This document shows positions 42,184 through 53,683 of a stretch of DNA of 64,000 nucleotides, one piece after another. The translations under genes and the position numbers were made by a program. Every line of letters begins with the position of its first letter. Position 1 is the stretch's first letter. The notes beneath the pieces are model-generated. The model did not search any database. It was given only the letters and a program-made list of their open reading frames with translations, and was not told where the DNA came from. Source of the stretch: an uncultured virus (IMG/VR IMGVR_UViG_3300005613_005441) (Duplodnaviria; Heunggongvirae; Uroviricota; Caudoviricetes); the IMG/VR virus record IMGVR_UViG_3300005613_005441. One strand, 5' to 3'.

Positions 42184-42528
42184 TGGTGGAGTCGGGCGGA
42201 TTCGAACCGCCGTCCTGTCCAAGCTCCAGTCAGACTTCGTTACATGCTTGGCCTACAAGTATTTTTATCGTCTCCGTCCGGCGTTGTAGACATTACCTTC
42301 CTTCGACTATCCCGGTGTTGTTTCGGATCCGGCTCCCGGGCAGCGCCTTCACCTATCCGAAACGTGTGCCTCCAAGGTCTATCGGAGTCATCCGAGGAGA
42401 CAGCCGCTCACGCGGCGATTTTTAAAGGTTCGACAATTAAATTGTCTGGACGGCTTTTATACTGGCCAACCGACCAACCAGTGCATGCGGTCTTTTCCTT
42501 CACTTAGCAGTCGATACCTATCGACCCC
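42184..42528 (-). ncRNA. ssrA: tmRNA
   Basis: 5' GGGGTCGATAGGTATCGAC; 3' GGACGGCGGTTCGAATCCGCCCGACTCCACCA with G3:U70; internal tag frame GTC GAA CCT TTA AAA ATC GCC GCG TGA (VEPLKIAA) at 42408-42434. Confidence 0.9.
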
Positions 42529-42676
42529 AGTTATCTTCTTCCCACACCGGACCTTTCATCAACGCAGGCGTGGGCTTTTCATCGATCTTCTCAGGTTGCT
42601 TTTTGCTCCGGCATCCAAATATCAACAGGATGACCACAGCTGCAATGCCTATCTTGAATATATTCATAATCGCTCC

Positions 42677-43258
42677 TCAGAACAAGGAAACAGTGGAACT
42701 TTCCTTTTCTTTTGTCAACAGCCTTACCAGTGTCCCATTATGCGCACAGTGATACGCCGCCAAAGCATCAGCAACGTGCTCCCACTTTCCCGCATTAACC
42801 GAGCCGTCCCTTTTAACCGGGACCCATGGAACAATACCAGGGTAAAGCTGCTGCAGTTTATTTTGGATCTGGCCCTTTGACACATCCCTACGGCCGCATA
42901 CCGAGATCTTGCAGTCATCGGGCACCATCCATTCGGTCGGCCGCTTGGTCTGCTCCGCCACCGACGCCGCTATCGCCAGTACCATCCCCATCGCCCGCAT
43001 GGCATTGCCCGACTGGGCGCCGCCGTGCGGTGCTTCGATGATCATCCCTTCCGACTTCAGGGCCTGCTCAAGCATTTCCCGATAGACGAACTGGGCCTGG
43101 TCCACCAGGACATTCGATTTCCGGATGTCCCGTTTCTTTGAAGGCTTCTTATAAGCTATCCAGCCCACGTCCTCGAACTCGACCGACCCGTCTGAGTAAG
43201 GAGTTATAAAGACATAACCGGTACAGTTGAAGCCTATATCTAAGGCAAGGATGGACAT
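42677..43258 (-). CDS. ruvC: RuvC-like Holliday junction resolvase
   Basis: ILALDIGFNCTGY; MIIEAP; EHVADALAA. Confidence 0.8.
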   Translation of the reverse strand: MSILALDIGFNCTGYVFITPYSDGSVEFEDVGWIAYKKPSKKRDIRKSNVLVDQAQFVYREMLEQALKSEGMIIEAPHGGAQSGNAMRAMGMVLAIAASVAEQTKRPTEWMVPDDCKISVCGRRDVSKGQIQNKLQQLYPGIVPWVPVKRDGSVNAGKWEHVADALAAYHCAHNGTLVRLLTKEKESSTVSLF

Positions 43259-43611
43259 ATTTTCTTTAACTCCTCAAGAGTTATTTCCTCTAACTCCCCG
43301 TGCTTGATGATACCCGGACCGCTATAAGGGCAGCTGTCCGGCACCAACATCGTCTGCCCTTTCGGGGGAAACTCACTGCACACACCTGGACGCTGCTCAT
43401 ATATAGAACATACCCCATCTTTAAGGTGTTTGCAAGGGACGTCCTCGAGCACCCCTACGTACTGCATGGGCCCGAGCTGGTCCGGCATCTTATATACCCT
43501 GAACCCCCGGTTCAGCGCCAGCCATATCGCTTCCTCGTGGGGCTCTACCTGGAACAGCCAGCACTGGCAGCACCAGCTGTTTCCGCATTGGTTGTTGCAC
43601 ACCTGCTTCAT
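43240..43611 (-). CDS. YkgJ-like cysteine-cluster protein
   Basis: CNNQCGNSWCC...PCKHLKDGVCSIYEQRPGVCSEFP. Confidence 0.75.
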   Translation of the reverse strand: MKQVCNNQCGNSWCCQCWLFQVEPHEEAIWLALNRGFRVYKMPDQLGPMQYVGVLEDVPCKHLKDGVCSIYEQRPGVCSEFPPKGQTMLVPDSCPYSGPGIIKHGELEEITLEELKKICPSLP

Positions 43612-44246
43612 CTCAGCTCCCTGGCACACAGCGCCCGGAACAGCGCAGCCGTCTGCCTCGCCTTGAACTGCGGATTCATATAACAGTCCCGATACTCCTT
43701 CTCGCGCACTTCGAAACGATCGATAAGCGAATCGAGAGAGCAGGACGGCTGCCGCGGATAGGACAGGTTAGCCAACGCGCTCTGAAAGCTCACCAGCGTC
43801 TCTTCGTTCTGATGCTGGAGCATCCGGTCATGTAGCCACGCCTGACTAAGCAGATAAGTATCAAGGAATTCCAGCTTTTCCGGGATCGTCCCCATCAGTT
43901 TTTCCAGAAACGGCCGCATAAACTTGTGGGCATTATGCCCAATGATATGCTTGATCTCCTCTTCTTCCAGGCATTGTTTCAGCCACAGCGCCACTTCGAA
44001 AAACGGCACCGCTTCCTGGAAGTAGAGCGATGGAGGAATATTAGTATATTCCTGGTTCTTGTTGACATCCCCCCCGGAGACCAGTTTATGAGATAGCCGG
44101 TCTCCTTCTTTTTTCCAGCTGAAAGGAATGTAACAGACCAGCAAGACATTCGCCTTTTTTGCCGAATAACCGTCGGTCGCCAACGTGATCACACAGCTCT
44201 TGTCACCCTGGAATCCCTTCTCCTCTAGGAAGTTTCGTATTTTCAT
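43608..44246 (-). CDS. DEDD 3'-5' exonuclease-like protein with degenerate catalytic residues
   Basis: VITLATDG (cf. DxETTG), IIGHNAHKFM (cf. HNxxFD), FLDTY, SLDSLIDRF. Confidence 0.5.
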   Translation of the reverse strand: MKIRNFLEEKGFQGDKSCVITLATDGYSAKKANVLLVCYIPFSWKKEGDRLSHKLVSGGDVNKNQEYTNIPPSLYFQEAVPFFEVALWLKQCLEEEEIKHIIGHNAHKFMRPFLEKLMGTIPEKLEFLDTYLLSQAWLHDRMLQHQNEETLVSFQSALANLSYPRQPSCSLDSLIDRFEVREKEYRDCYMNPQFKARQTAALFRALCARELR

Positions 44247-47200
44247 TAGTCACCTTTATGTTTACTTGAAACAGCGCATCCCCCGCAGATAACGCACTTA
44301 ACGGTATCGAGCATGTCCCGGGCAACTGGTCCATGTCGGCGAACACCCCTCCTTTTCCTTCCACCATCGAAAACGGGAAAAACATCATACTGGTTGCGGG
44401 ATCAATCACCACATAGCTTTTGTACAGGTTCTTGAAATTGTCGTCCAGGCTGATATCACTGCGGTAACCCGCTTCCCGCGACAGCATCGTCGCGAACTCC
44501 CCGTAGAGCCTGGCCCTTATCCCTTCCAGATTATCTGTGCGGATATAGAAAGGCGGGTATACCACCTTACTCATCTGTATAGGGTCTTCCCGCAGATGAG
44601 AGCACAGTATCTTGAGAAACTGAAAATCTCCCTCTCGCGCGCGAGCGAAGAAATAGCGCATTTCCGGCCGGTACTCTAAAATCTTATCGAGTCCTGCCGG
44701 TACTGCTTTCTCGTCAGGCCGCAGTCTGCCTGGTATCACGACCATATTGTTACGCGGCCCTCCTTTGATCCGGACACAGGATACACTGTCGTACAGGATC
44801 TTCTGGATCCGATTGGAATCGCGGATGATCGTCCCCGGTACCCGGAGTGCCCGATAATCATCGGCATCCTTATAGGCAGCCACCAGATAGGTGAACTGCA
44901 GCCCGCAAAACCGCTGCCAGCGCGCCTCAGGGTTGTACCAGAAGATGAGCGCCCGTCCTGGCTGCGCATCAATCGCTGTTCGGATCTCGTCCAGCTGCTT
45001 CTTTATCTCGTCAGCTTTGTTTACCATCTTCTTTTACCAGTTCTTCACAGTCTTCCTGGAGATCAAACAACGCCGGCAATTCGATGACTTTCGAACCGAT
45101 CCACTGGCCGGAAAGCATCAAAGCCGTCTCAACCTTCTTCTGGAGCTCTTCGGGCAGCGTGACCACTGTAGACACCGTTACCAGCGCCCGCCTGAATTCC
45201 TCTTCAGTGGGCTCCTGGAAATCCGTGGACTCTCTCGCCCCCGAGATAAACCGGGTCATAAAGACCATAGCCAGGGAACTTGCAAACAATCCCCAGGCCC
45301 TCGGATAGGCTTTGACTTTGTCGTAAAAACCTTTCTGCACCAGCACCACGTTCTTCTTATGACAGGCAAGCGCGTCGTTGAACAGCGTACCGCAGCTTAC
45401 GCCTATTTCGGCAAGATGCTTACGGGTCGCCTCGTCCTCGGCCATCGAGCATGCCATGGTGAGCGCCACCTTGACCGCCGGGATGAAAAACACCTTGATG
45501 TCCCGCTTCGGCGAATAGAACTTGCCCCCTTCCCGCCTGACAGCACTGATATTATTGATCTTCTCCATGTTCGTCGTTCCTTTCTCTGTACAACTTTCGG
45601 TTGTTCTTCTTCTGCGTGCCGCTGGCTCTCACCTGCAACACATAAAAATGATCATGCGAATTAAGTCCCAGCCTGGTATACATGACCATCTCATCGAGGT
45701 CTTCAGGCATGAGCGGTTCGAAACGCGGGCATCCGATCTCTATCAGCAGCCAGATGACATACCTGACCGTCAGCCGAAACCTGTAGATATTCCCGGCAAT
45801 AAAATTGCTCAATGCTAACACCTGCGTGTTCACTATGTTGATATTGTTAACCCTCTCCTGTTTGCAGCCGATCACTTTGGCACAGGTCCACACCGGTTCG
45901 TCACCGTGCCATGTGGGTACCTTTTTACCTTGCTGCAGCGTTTCCTGGTTGGCCAGTATTTTCATCATAATCCGGCGGCTGAGCCGCGCGGTGAGAACCC
46001 GGTCCTGATACTGGGCAAGCAAGATGTCAACAGGATCCGAGTCCTTGAACCCGAACCTCTCGGAGATCATCTTGGAAATATCACGGATCCTCACGACCTC
46101 CAGCTTCTTATTGATATAAGGAGCAATCAGCGACGAATGCTGCCGGGCCCTCGCAATCATCTTCGATGCCGAGAACCCTCGTGGCAGCTCGTACTCGTCT
46201 ACACGATCACCTTTTTCATCAGGTCGCATGCTTTGACCATCTCTGCTTTAAGATCTGTCAATACTTCGTGAACAGACCCGATGCGGGTGACACAGCTGTC
46301 ATTGACAGCATCATCCGCAATGTTGTCCAGCTCATCAATACCGACGGCTGCCTCCTGCAGATCCTCGGTCAAGGTCTTGGCAGTGCCTTCGATCTTCCCG
46401 AAGATAGCCCTGACTTTAGCAGCGGCGGCAACAGTCTTTTCATCATCGCCCACCGGTTCAGCAGCCTTGTCCTCGGCGGCCTGCAGCAGAGATTTCTCCC
46501 GGTTGACCTCCTTGACAGTCTTGATCTCCCCTGCCTCTATCTTCATCTCGATCCGCTTCCTCATGGAAGGGTCGGATATGGTTGCGACACGGGCGATAGT
46601 GGTCGGAGAAATACCCATTGCAGCCAGCTCCGCCACCCGCTCCCAGTCATAGACCTCGAACATCTTGCCGGTCTCATACAGCCAGGAAGCCCGGTAGCCC
46701 TGCCCAAGCGCCTCAGCCAATTCCTCGACAGAATGGTCCCCGTACTTGGAGCCCTCCTTGAGCTCCTTGACGTGGGCCCCGAGCTCCCAGGGTATCCGGG
46801 CCGCCTTCAAAGCCGTGTCCTTGATCTCCGTCTTGACATAGTCGACCAGCTCCTCGAACGTCTTCTTCAGTTTGATCGGCCCGACAGGGGGCAGCACCTC
46901 CACCTCGACTTTCTTGGCTTCCGCCGGCAGCGTCTCCGCTTTCGGCTGCTCCTTTGGTTTCTCTGCAGGTTTCTCTTCCGGTTTCGCTGCCGCTTCCTCA
47001 GGTTTAGACTCAGTTGTCTCCGGGGCCAGCCCGGCACTGACTTCGTCCTCTTCCTGACCGAATAAATTCAATCCATCAGCCATCTTCGTGCTCCTTTACA
47101 AAATGTTCTAGTTTAATTATCTGGATGTCCGCGTAATCGGCCACCTTCGGAGGCAGTGTGATCCGTGGTTCGCCACAATGCTTCTTCATCGGCAGGTTAT

Positions 47201-47599
47201 GCATGACCCAGTTGCCGTAGTTTTTTACCGGGAATACCATAACCGAATAATCGCGGTCGTATCCCTCGCTGTTTTTAGAATAAAGCAGCTTGAAAAATTC
47301 TTTGACGAACCCCTGCTCACGGAATTTCTTGTGCAGCAGGTCTCGCGGCTGTATCCCCCTCCGGAAAAAGATAGAAAAGTACTCCGGAAACGTAGAGTCC
47401 GGATGGTCTATGACCAGTTCGGCGAGTCCCAGCGACAGGTCGTTGCTGACCTCCTCACGCAGGCTGTGCAGCACACGCGCCGGCACCTGGTAGACCGGGC
47501 GCAGCTTGCGGATGATTTCATGCTCATACCCCAAGCGCGCCCAGTTCTCCCGAAGTCCCCTGCCCTCCTGCTGGCCTTTGATGAACTGCTCCCTATCCA
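44203..47599 (-). other. Five coupled hypothetical genes in the replication operon
   Basis: Overlapping ORFs 44203-45027, 45011-45568, 45552-46229, 46199-47083 and 47076 to ~47600. Confidence 0.6.
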
Positions 47600-48876
47600 T
47601 TGTCGTCCTCCGGCAGCAGGCTACCGCTGCTTTCCTGGACGACGGGCGGGGGCGGCGGTACCACGACCTGGGCTTTCTCGGCTTCCTTCTTTTTCTTCTT
47701 GCCCTTTTTAGCCTTGGCCTCCGCCTTCTTTGCAGCTTCCGTGGCTTCCTCTGTGCTGAACGCACGCCACTGGTCGATAGACAATGCTGCCTGCAGTGCA
47801 TCGTAGACTTCCTTGTTCGCATAAATCGCCTGACATACCTCCGACGCCGGGGCATTCCTCACGCCCAGCGACAGGCAGTTATACCGCCTGGAAGTCTCAC
47901 CTTTAGCCACGAGCACTACCTCCTTTATCCTGGCCTTCGCCGGCAGGTCATCGCTTGTCAGCAGATCTACTGTCGACTGGTCCCAGTCGAAAAACGTGCG
48001 CGGTGCCCATTCCCCGGTAGCCTCGTCAAGCTCTCTGCAAAAATGCAGGTCAGCCTCTATCCGTCTGCCGGCTATACCCATGTTGTTCTTCTTAGTCTGG
48101 AACCTGATCTTCATGTACGGGTTGGCTGCCGTACGGTCGACTCCCTTGATGCACGTCACCCTGGTCTGGTAAGTGGCATAGAACCCGGGAGCCTTTCCGC
48201 CCGGGGTGCTGAAACCGTCTCCCTGAGCAGGGCCTTCCACCATCTTCTGCTTTTCATGGTTAGTCCAGCTCATGGCGATCGGCCATTCCAGGAAAGCATC
48301 AGGCAGTGATCCGAAGTAAGTGCTCAGGATGTTAGCTTCGACCGGGAAGTTCTTCGATGCATGCCCGTCCTCCGAGATGCCCTCGAGCGTCTCCGATGAC
48401 TTCGCGCCCATCAGTGAGTCCCAGATGATGAAGTAGGGTATGTTCTTATGCGGACAGTTCTTCTTATAGTATTCAATGGAATAGGTCAGTTCGTCCATCG
48501 CCTTCTCCATGTTACCACTCCGAAAGAACTGCAGCATCTTCAGATTCTCCTTGCCAAGGATCGCCGAGATCAGCCCGAACGATGTCTTGTTCTCCGTCTC
48601 GACCACTGTGCCGATCCCGCCCGCTTCGATGACGATGCGGGCGAGCTCGTAGCACAGCGAAGACTTACCGGAACCGCGCGGTCCGAAAAACTCGGAAAGC
48701 CTTTCTAGGGACAGTATATTCGTCGTCAGGAGAAAACGCAGCGCCAGGCTCGGCAACGGGATCCCGTAATGCGTGGCCTCGTGCTCCGTGGCCACATAGC
48801 ATCCCGTCTTGCCGAACTCGTTCTGCGCGGCACTGAGCATCGAGTTGAAAAAACCAGCTCTCTCGATGTGACTCAT
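47593..48876 (-). CDS. RecA/UvsX-like recombinase
   Basis: EFFGPRGSGKSS (Walker A); FIIWDSL (Walker B); WTNH; TPGGKAPGFYA. Confidence 0.85.
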   Translation of the reverse strand: MSHIERAGFFNSMLSAAQNEFGKTGCYVATEHEATHYGIPLPSLALRFLLTTNILSLERLSEFFGPRGSGKSSLCYELARIVIEAGGIGTVVETENKTSFGLISAILGKENLKMLQFFRSGNMEKAMDELTYSIEYYKKNCPHKNIPYFIIWDSLMGAKSSETLEGISEDGHASKNFPVEANILSTYFGSLPDAFLEWPIAMSWTNHEKQKMVEGPAQGDGFSTPGGKAPGFYATYQTRVTCIKGVDRTAANPYMKIRFQTKKNNMGIAGRRIEADLHFCRELDEATGEWAPRTFFDWDQSTVDLLTSDDLPAKARIKEVVLVAKGETSRRYNCLSLGVRNAPASEVCQAIYANKEVYDALQAALSIDQWRAFSTEEATEAAKKAEAKAKKGKKKKKEAEKAQVVVPPPPPVVQESSGSLLPEDDNG

Positions 48877-50330
48877 CAGCTGTCGCCTCCCATCTGAGCT
48901 GCCCGTCGCTGTGCCTCATCCAGCTTGGTCTGCAGCTCCGCCATGTCCACTCCCTGGGGAGCGGTAAGCGGAGCGGCCGGAGGTGCTCCCGCTGCAGGCG
49001 GGGCTGCCGGTACCGTCACCGGGGGTGGCGTTATACCTGCAGCCATAGCCGGAGGGGCTACCGCCGCTACTGGAGGAGGCGGGGCTACCATGGCCGAAGA
49101 CGAACTCTTCACCTGGTAGTCCACCTGGGCATTATTCATAGCATCCTGAACCGGTGCGGGTGCCGCTGCCGGTGGCGGCGGCGGGAACAGCGTCGGAACC
49201 TCCTGGACAGGAGGAGTCGTCGGCGGAACGTTCACCGGTGCAGGGGGCGCGTCAGAAGGCGCCGGCGGTGTTGCAGGCACCGCCGGCTGGGTAACCTGAG
49301 GCGTTGTCGGAGCCACAGGGGCTGCCGCTGGGGCTGCTCCTGTAGCTGGGTGGCCCAACGCCTGAGGTTGACTTACCATGGCCGCGTCCTGGATAAACTG
49401 CGGGACGTACTGCCGGTAAGCGGTCTCCGCCAGAGCTATCCACACCAGATACGGCGTGAACGTCTCGGCGAGCATCCCGATTAGTTCGATGATAGTGGGC
49501 TTCCAGATAAGGTTGTCCCACTCGTTGAACAGTCCGTTGCTCAGGACCGCGCCAAAGATATGCTCCTGCGGGATCGGGCACGGTACGCCCTTCTCCGCGT
49601 AATAGACATTCTGGTTGATCTTGTTCCGTTCGATATATTCGTTGCGGCAGAAGAACCGGACAGAACTCCCCTGATCGGGTTCCAGTATATTACCCAGGAG
49701 ACAGTTCTCCGGGGTCAACGGCTGCGCCTGATCGGCACTGGTGGTCAGGCCCTTTTTCAAAGAGGCTGCCGCTGTGGCGCTCAGATGAAGTACCGTTTTA
49801 TAATTATAAGTAGGCTGTTTGCTTACTTCGTCCAGGACCGGCTGGCCGTCCCGTTGGAACACAGCGCCCTTGATGAACAACTGCGGCACTGACCGCGCCA
49901 GCGCAGGCCGGCTCCCCTGCACCATGTCGTGCAGGATACTCCAGGCCTGTTTCTCCAGGTCGGAGGTAAGCTCCAGCGGATTGCGTTTCGAATACGCCAG
50001 CAGATGCGTGTAGAACTGATCATACACGCCCGCTACACCTTCCAGTTTGTCTTTGGTCTCGACAACGCTGGAGATCTTCTTGCTTCCGGCATTGATGACG
50101 CACTGATATTCCGCTACAAAATCCCCGATCAGTTCGTCGATCGGCGTCTGCTCGTCACCATTGCTGATCTGGGGCTGAGGCTGCCCATTGACAAAATACG
50201 GATACAACTTGATACAAGTATCACCTTTATCCGTAAGATAGTTGGCCCGCCAGCCCGCATTGTAAGCATCGTCCCGGATATAATATCGGGTCTTTTCGGC
50301 ACCACTGATGCCGCCTTCAGCTGTTTTCAT
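48876..50330 (-). CDS. Hypothetical protein with a long Pro/Ala-rich C-terminal tail (possible ssDNA-binding protein by position)
   Basis: 484 aa ORF between the polymerase and RecA-like genes. Confidence 0.5.
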   Translation of the reverse strand: MKTAEGGISGAEKTRYYIRDDAYNAGWRANYLTDKGDTCIKLYPYFVNGQPQPQISNGDEQTPIDELIGDFVAEYQCVINAGSKKISSVVETKDKLEGVAGVYDQFYTHLLAYSKRNPLELTSDLEKQAWSILHDMVQGSRPALARSVPQLFIKGAVFQRDGQPVLDEVSKQPTYNYKTVLHLSATAAASLKKGLTTSADQAQPLTPENCLLGNILEPDQGSSVRFFCRNEYIERNKINQNVYYAEKGVPCPIPQEHIFGAVLSNGLFNEWDNLIWKPTIIELIGMLAETFTPYLVWIALAETAYRQYVPQFIQDAAMVSQPQALGHPATGAAPAAAPVAPTTPQVTQPAVPATPPAPSDAPPAPVNVPPTTPPVQEVPTLFPPPPPAAAPAPVQDAMNNAQVDYQVKSSSSAMVAPPPPVAAVAPPAMAAGITPPPVTVPAAPPAAGAPPAAPLTAPQGVDMAELQTKLDEAQRRAAQMGGDS

Positions 50331-52661
50331 TTACTTCTCCTTTGGTTCCCATACAGTTAGCTTGCCGGACTGGTCGTATACCGCCTCGGCTTCCTTATAC
50401 CATCGGCGCATTAGAGCGCTTTCGGTTTTTATCCTGCTCATATCCGGCAGGATTTCGCACATCGCATCCGCCATGATCTTCTCGATCACCGCGAGCTGCT
50501 CTACCGCTGAATCCTCCGGTAATTCCACAATGACCTCATCGTGGATGAAATTCACTACCTTGAAACCGGCCTTGTACAATTGCCACAAAGCCACTTTCGC
50601 TCCGTCCGCCGCCAGCCCCTGGAACGGATAGTTACAGGCACTGTTGAACGAACAATATCTTCTCAGTCTCCCGGTCAGCGTAACCGCCTGATACATCTGC
50701 TGGTTACTGCCGGCAAGCGACGGACAGGCTGTCGGCCGCATGTATTCTTTCATTTCCGGGAACGTCTTGAACCACATTTCCTTAAGCTGTTCGGCGTCTT
50801 TGATGGTCATGTCGATCATGCCCTTGGCCTGGCAACCGGAGAGGAACCGTTCCTCCCCAAGTCCTCCGGGAAATCCGAAATTCCCTTCTTTGGCATGCTG
50901 CCGCGGCTTCCGGTATTCAATCTTGATGGTATCCAGCAGTGCCTTCAGTTTTTTCCTGCTCTCCTCGGTACCGTCATAATCATTATCATCAGTCACTATA
51001 CCTAATTTCCGGCCTGCCAGCAGACAGTGCACATCCAGCCCGGCATTGAGGTATTCCCGCAGCCGGCTCTTTCCGAGCACCTTGTAACAATGCTGCGCCA
51101 GCGTGTATAATTCCAGCTGAGAGTAATCAATGGCCGCCAGCACATGATCCGGAGGCGCCACATATATTTCACGCAGCTTATCCGCTTTCGGCACGTTCTG
51201 TAGATTGGGCTCCGAGCAGCTCGTACGTCCCGTCCTCACCATGACATTGAACCTGGGATGTACTCGCCCATCGGGACCGATGTGCTCGTCGTTAAGATAG
51301 GTGGACAACAGCTTCTCGATATGCTTGTATTCAAAATACTCATCGAGAAACGGGTCTTCGATCCCTTTGACCTTGAGCTTCCAGGCATCGGCCTTGGACG
51401 CTTTCAGCAGGCCTCCGTCCGTACGGTCGAAATGCAGCCCTTCGTGTTGTTCCAGGTACGCCAGATGCTGCTGCACAAACAACTGCGGCCCGATCTCCTG
51501 CGCCGGATCCAGCCAGCCACGGTGGCGATCGTACTGTTCCCGTGCCTTAGCCAGTATATCAGCGATGCTGCGCCCTGCCATCTTGTTTTCGATCAGCAAT
51601 TTGCTGAGCATCACAAACGGCTTGGACTTGCGGCAGCCGATAAGCTCCTCCATGAGGCATGACCGGCAAAGGTCTTCCATCACCGCATTGGTCTCCTTGA
51701 CTATCTTCGTCGAGGTATAATCAGGGTGCTTGGAGATAATGCCGTCCACATGCGCGGACAACACCCTTACAAACGCCGGGCCCTGCTCATTCAATGCCGC
51801 CATAGTGTAATAGAAAAATGCCTTGGCCTGATTGATCGACGGGGTCTTGCCGAAACGCTGAGTCAGCCCTGCCGCCACAAGTGCAGCGTCTGCTACATCC
51901 AGCACCGTCGCATTGGGGTTGGTGTTGTACCCCCGGGCATTCAACGCCTCCTCGAGCACCAATTTCCTATCAAGAAGCTCACCACGCCGACTGTCAAAAT
52001 ACTCCCGGTCGATGAGCATTCCGTTACGCTGAATCGCGTCCAACGCTACTATTCCCCGGGTCTGCAGGGCTTCAGTCGGCTGTTTTTCCATACGCTCGGC
52101 CAGCAGATATGTCGCTGCCGGGTCCATCGCTCCATAGACACAGTGCCCGACCGTCAGCATTTTCTCACGCCGGAAAGTAAGCCGGATATCCTCAGGCTTG
52201 GGCAGGTTATACAACAGCTTCTGTTTGCACAGGCTCCCTAGGCTGACCGGATGCTTATAATAACCTTCCTCCGCGATCCCGAGCAGGCAGTACCGCGCCG
52301 CCAGGTCTATGACATTGTCCTTCTCCAGCTGCCCGTACAGATATGGCTGTTGCAGCACCGCCAGATCATAGGACGCATTGAAAAAGACAAACAATATCTT
52401 ATCAGGCATCAACAACGCCAGCTGCCCGAAGTAGGCATCAAAATCCTCCCACCCGATCAGATCGACAGTAGATCCGTTACACACCTGGGCAATCACTCCC
52501 GACGGCACCGTGTGGTCGGTGATCAGATGGGTCTCGGTATCCACAGCCAGCATCGTATCCGTCAGCGGCATCATCTTACCGTCCGCTTTCCAGATCCGGA
52601 TCTTAAACGCCCGGTCCTTTATCTTGATTACTTTGCCGTCTGCTGCTTGATCAAACTCCAT
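50331..52661 (-). CDS. polA: Family A DNA polymerase with 3'-5' exonuclease domain
   Basis: AVDTET and FFNASYDL (exonuclease); TGRTSCSEPNLQNVP; IDYSQLEL (motif A); RQHAKEGNFG (motif B); FIHDEV (motif C). Probable start MEFDQ at 52661 with a GAGG RBS. Confidence 0.92.
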   Translation of the reverse strand: MEFDQAADGKVIKIKDRAFKIRIWKADGKMMPLTDTMLAVDTETHLITDHTVPSGVIAQVCNGSTVDLIGWEDFDAYFGQLALLMPDKILFVFFNASYDLAVLQQPYLYGQLEKDNVIDLAARYCLLGIAEEGYYKHPVSLGSLCKQKLLYNLPKPEDIRLTFRREKMLTVGHCVYGAMDPAATYLLAERMEKQPTEALQTRGIVALDAIQRNGMLIDREYFDSRRGELLDRKLVLEEALNARGYNTNPNATVLDVADAALVAAGLTQRFGKTPSINQAKAFFYYTMAALNEQGPAFVRVLSAHVDGIISKHPDYTSTKIVKETNAVMEDLCRSCLMEELIGCRKSKPFVMLSKLLIENKMAGRSIADILAKAREQYDRHRGWLDPAQEIGPQLFVQQHLAYLEQHEGLHFDRTDGGLLKASKADAWKLKVKGIEDPFLDEYFEYKHIEKLLSTYLNDEHIGPDGRVHPRFNVMVRTGRTSCSEPNLQNVPKADKLREIYVAPPDHVLAAIDYSQLELYTLAQHCYKVLGKSRLREYLNAGLDVHCLLAGRKLGIVTDDNDYDGTEESRKKLKALLDTIKIEYRKPRQHAKEGNFGFPGGLGEERFLSGCQAKGMIDMTIKDAEQLKEMWFKTFPEMKEYMRPTACPSLAGSNQQMYQAVTLTGRLRRYCSFNSACNYPFQGLAADGAKVALWQLYKAGFKVVNFIHDEVIVELPEDSAVEQLAVIEKIMADAMCEILPDMSRIKTESALMRRWYKEAEAVYDQSGKLTVWEPKEK

Positions 52662-53683
52662 AGTTCCTCTCTTCCATAGTCTGCAGGATCGCCCTTCGGC
52701 AGCCGGACAACATACGCACCGCCTGCGAACAGCTTCCTGAGGTTCCAGTTCTCGGTCTTCTTGATGGCCGCCTCGACGCTGTCCGGATCGTCCTCGTCGG
52801 GGATCCAGAACACCCGGCCGTTCTTCCATAGGAAAAGCAGCTGCAGCTGCGCTTCGCTGGGAGACTTGCCAAACATGGCCACGCCCTGCGCACCCACTTT
52901 CATAGCATCGAAGACCCCCTCGGTGAGTACTACATCTTTATGTCTTTGAGCGCTGTCCAGGTTGAACAGCACCCAGGACTTCTTGGTCTTGGGCGGGATA
53001 AAATACTTCGGCTTGGGCTTGCCGTCCGCCAGATACTCCTGGATGTTGTCTCCGATATATCGCGCCTGCCAGAAGGCGGGCCGCAACTGCTGATATATGG
53101 GGATGACGATCACCGGCTGCTCGTAGAACGGGATCACCGATACCTGCAAATGCCAGGCTTTCCCCAGCTCGATCGGGTCGAATCCGCGGTTCCAAAGATA
53201 GCTATGCACATATGGTGGTACCTGCGGATCATCCATCCGGTAGCCCGGGGGCAGCGGCTGGGCAAACTGCGTCCAGTCGCCGTAGCTCTGTTCCATGTCC
53301 GCCGTCACCTCGATATCCGGGCGCCATTCGCCTTCCAGGGATTTATAGAACAGGTAGCGGTTGCCCTCGTCCTTCAGGCAGTGCTCGTTATAACAATGGG
53401 CAAGCCCCCTGCTGAGCTTCAGCATTACCCCCTTATACTCCATCTGCGCGCCCCAGGCATAGCTCAGCCAGAGGCGCTGCCTGGTGTCACCGCAGAACGG
53501 ACAGTTGACAGCGTAATGCTCTCCTCCATAATCAACGTTCCTGCTGCCTATATAAAGGCCCTGCCTCTTCGTGATCGGCGTGATCGCAGGCAGTTCCTTG
53601 AGGATTATGCCTTCCCCCTCGTTATGGATAACGACATACCCGTACACTTTCTTCAACGCCTGGTAAAGGGCCTCATTTTTCAT
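52628..53683 (-). CDS. DNA primase (Zn finger + TOPRIM)
   Basis: CPFCGD...HCYNEHC; VVLTEGVFDA; IPDEDD; GDPAD. Confidence 0.85.
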   Translation of the reverse strand: MKNEALYQALKKVYGYVVIHNEGEGIILKELPAITPITKRQGLYIGSRNVDYGGEHYAVNCPFCGDTRQRLWLSYAWGAQMEYKGVMLKLSRGLAHCYNEHCLKDEGNRYLFYKSLEGEWRPDIEVTADMEQSYGDWTQFAQPLPPGYRMDDPQVPPYVHSYLWNRGFDPIELGKAWHLQVSVIPFYEQPVIVIPIYQQLRPAFWQARYIGDNIQEYLADGKPKPKYFIPPKTKKSWVLFNLDSAQRHKDVVLTEGVFDAMKVGAQGVAMFGKSPSEAQLQLLFLWKNGRVFWIPDEDDPDSVEAAIKKTENWNLRKLFAGGAYVVRLPKGDPADYGREELWSLIKQQTAK

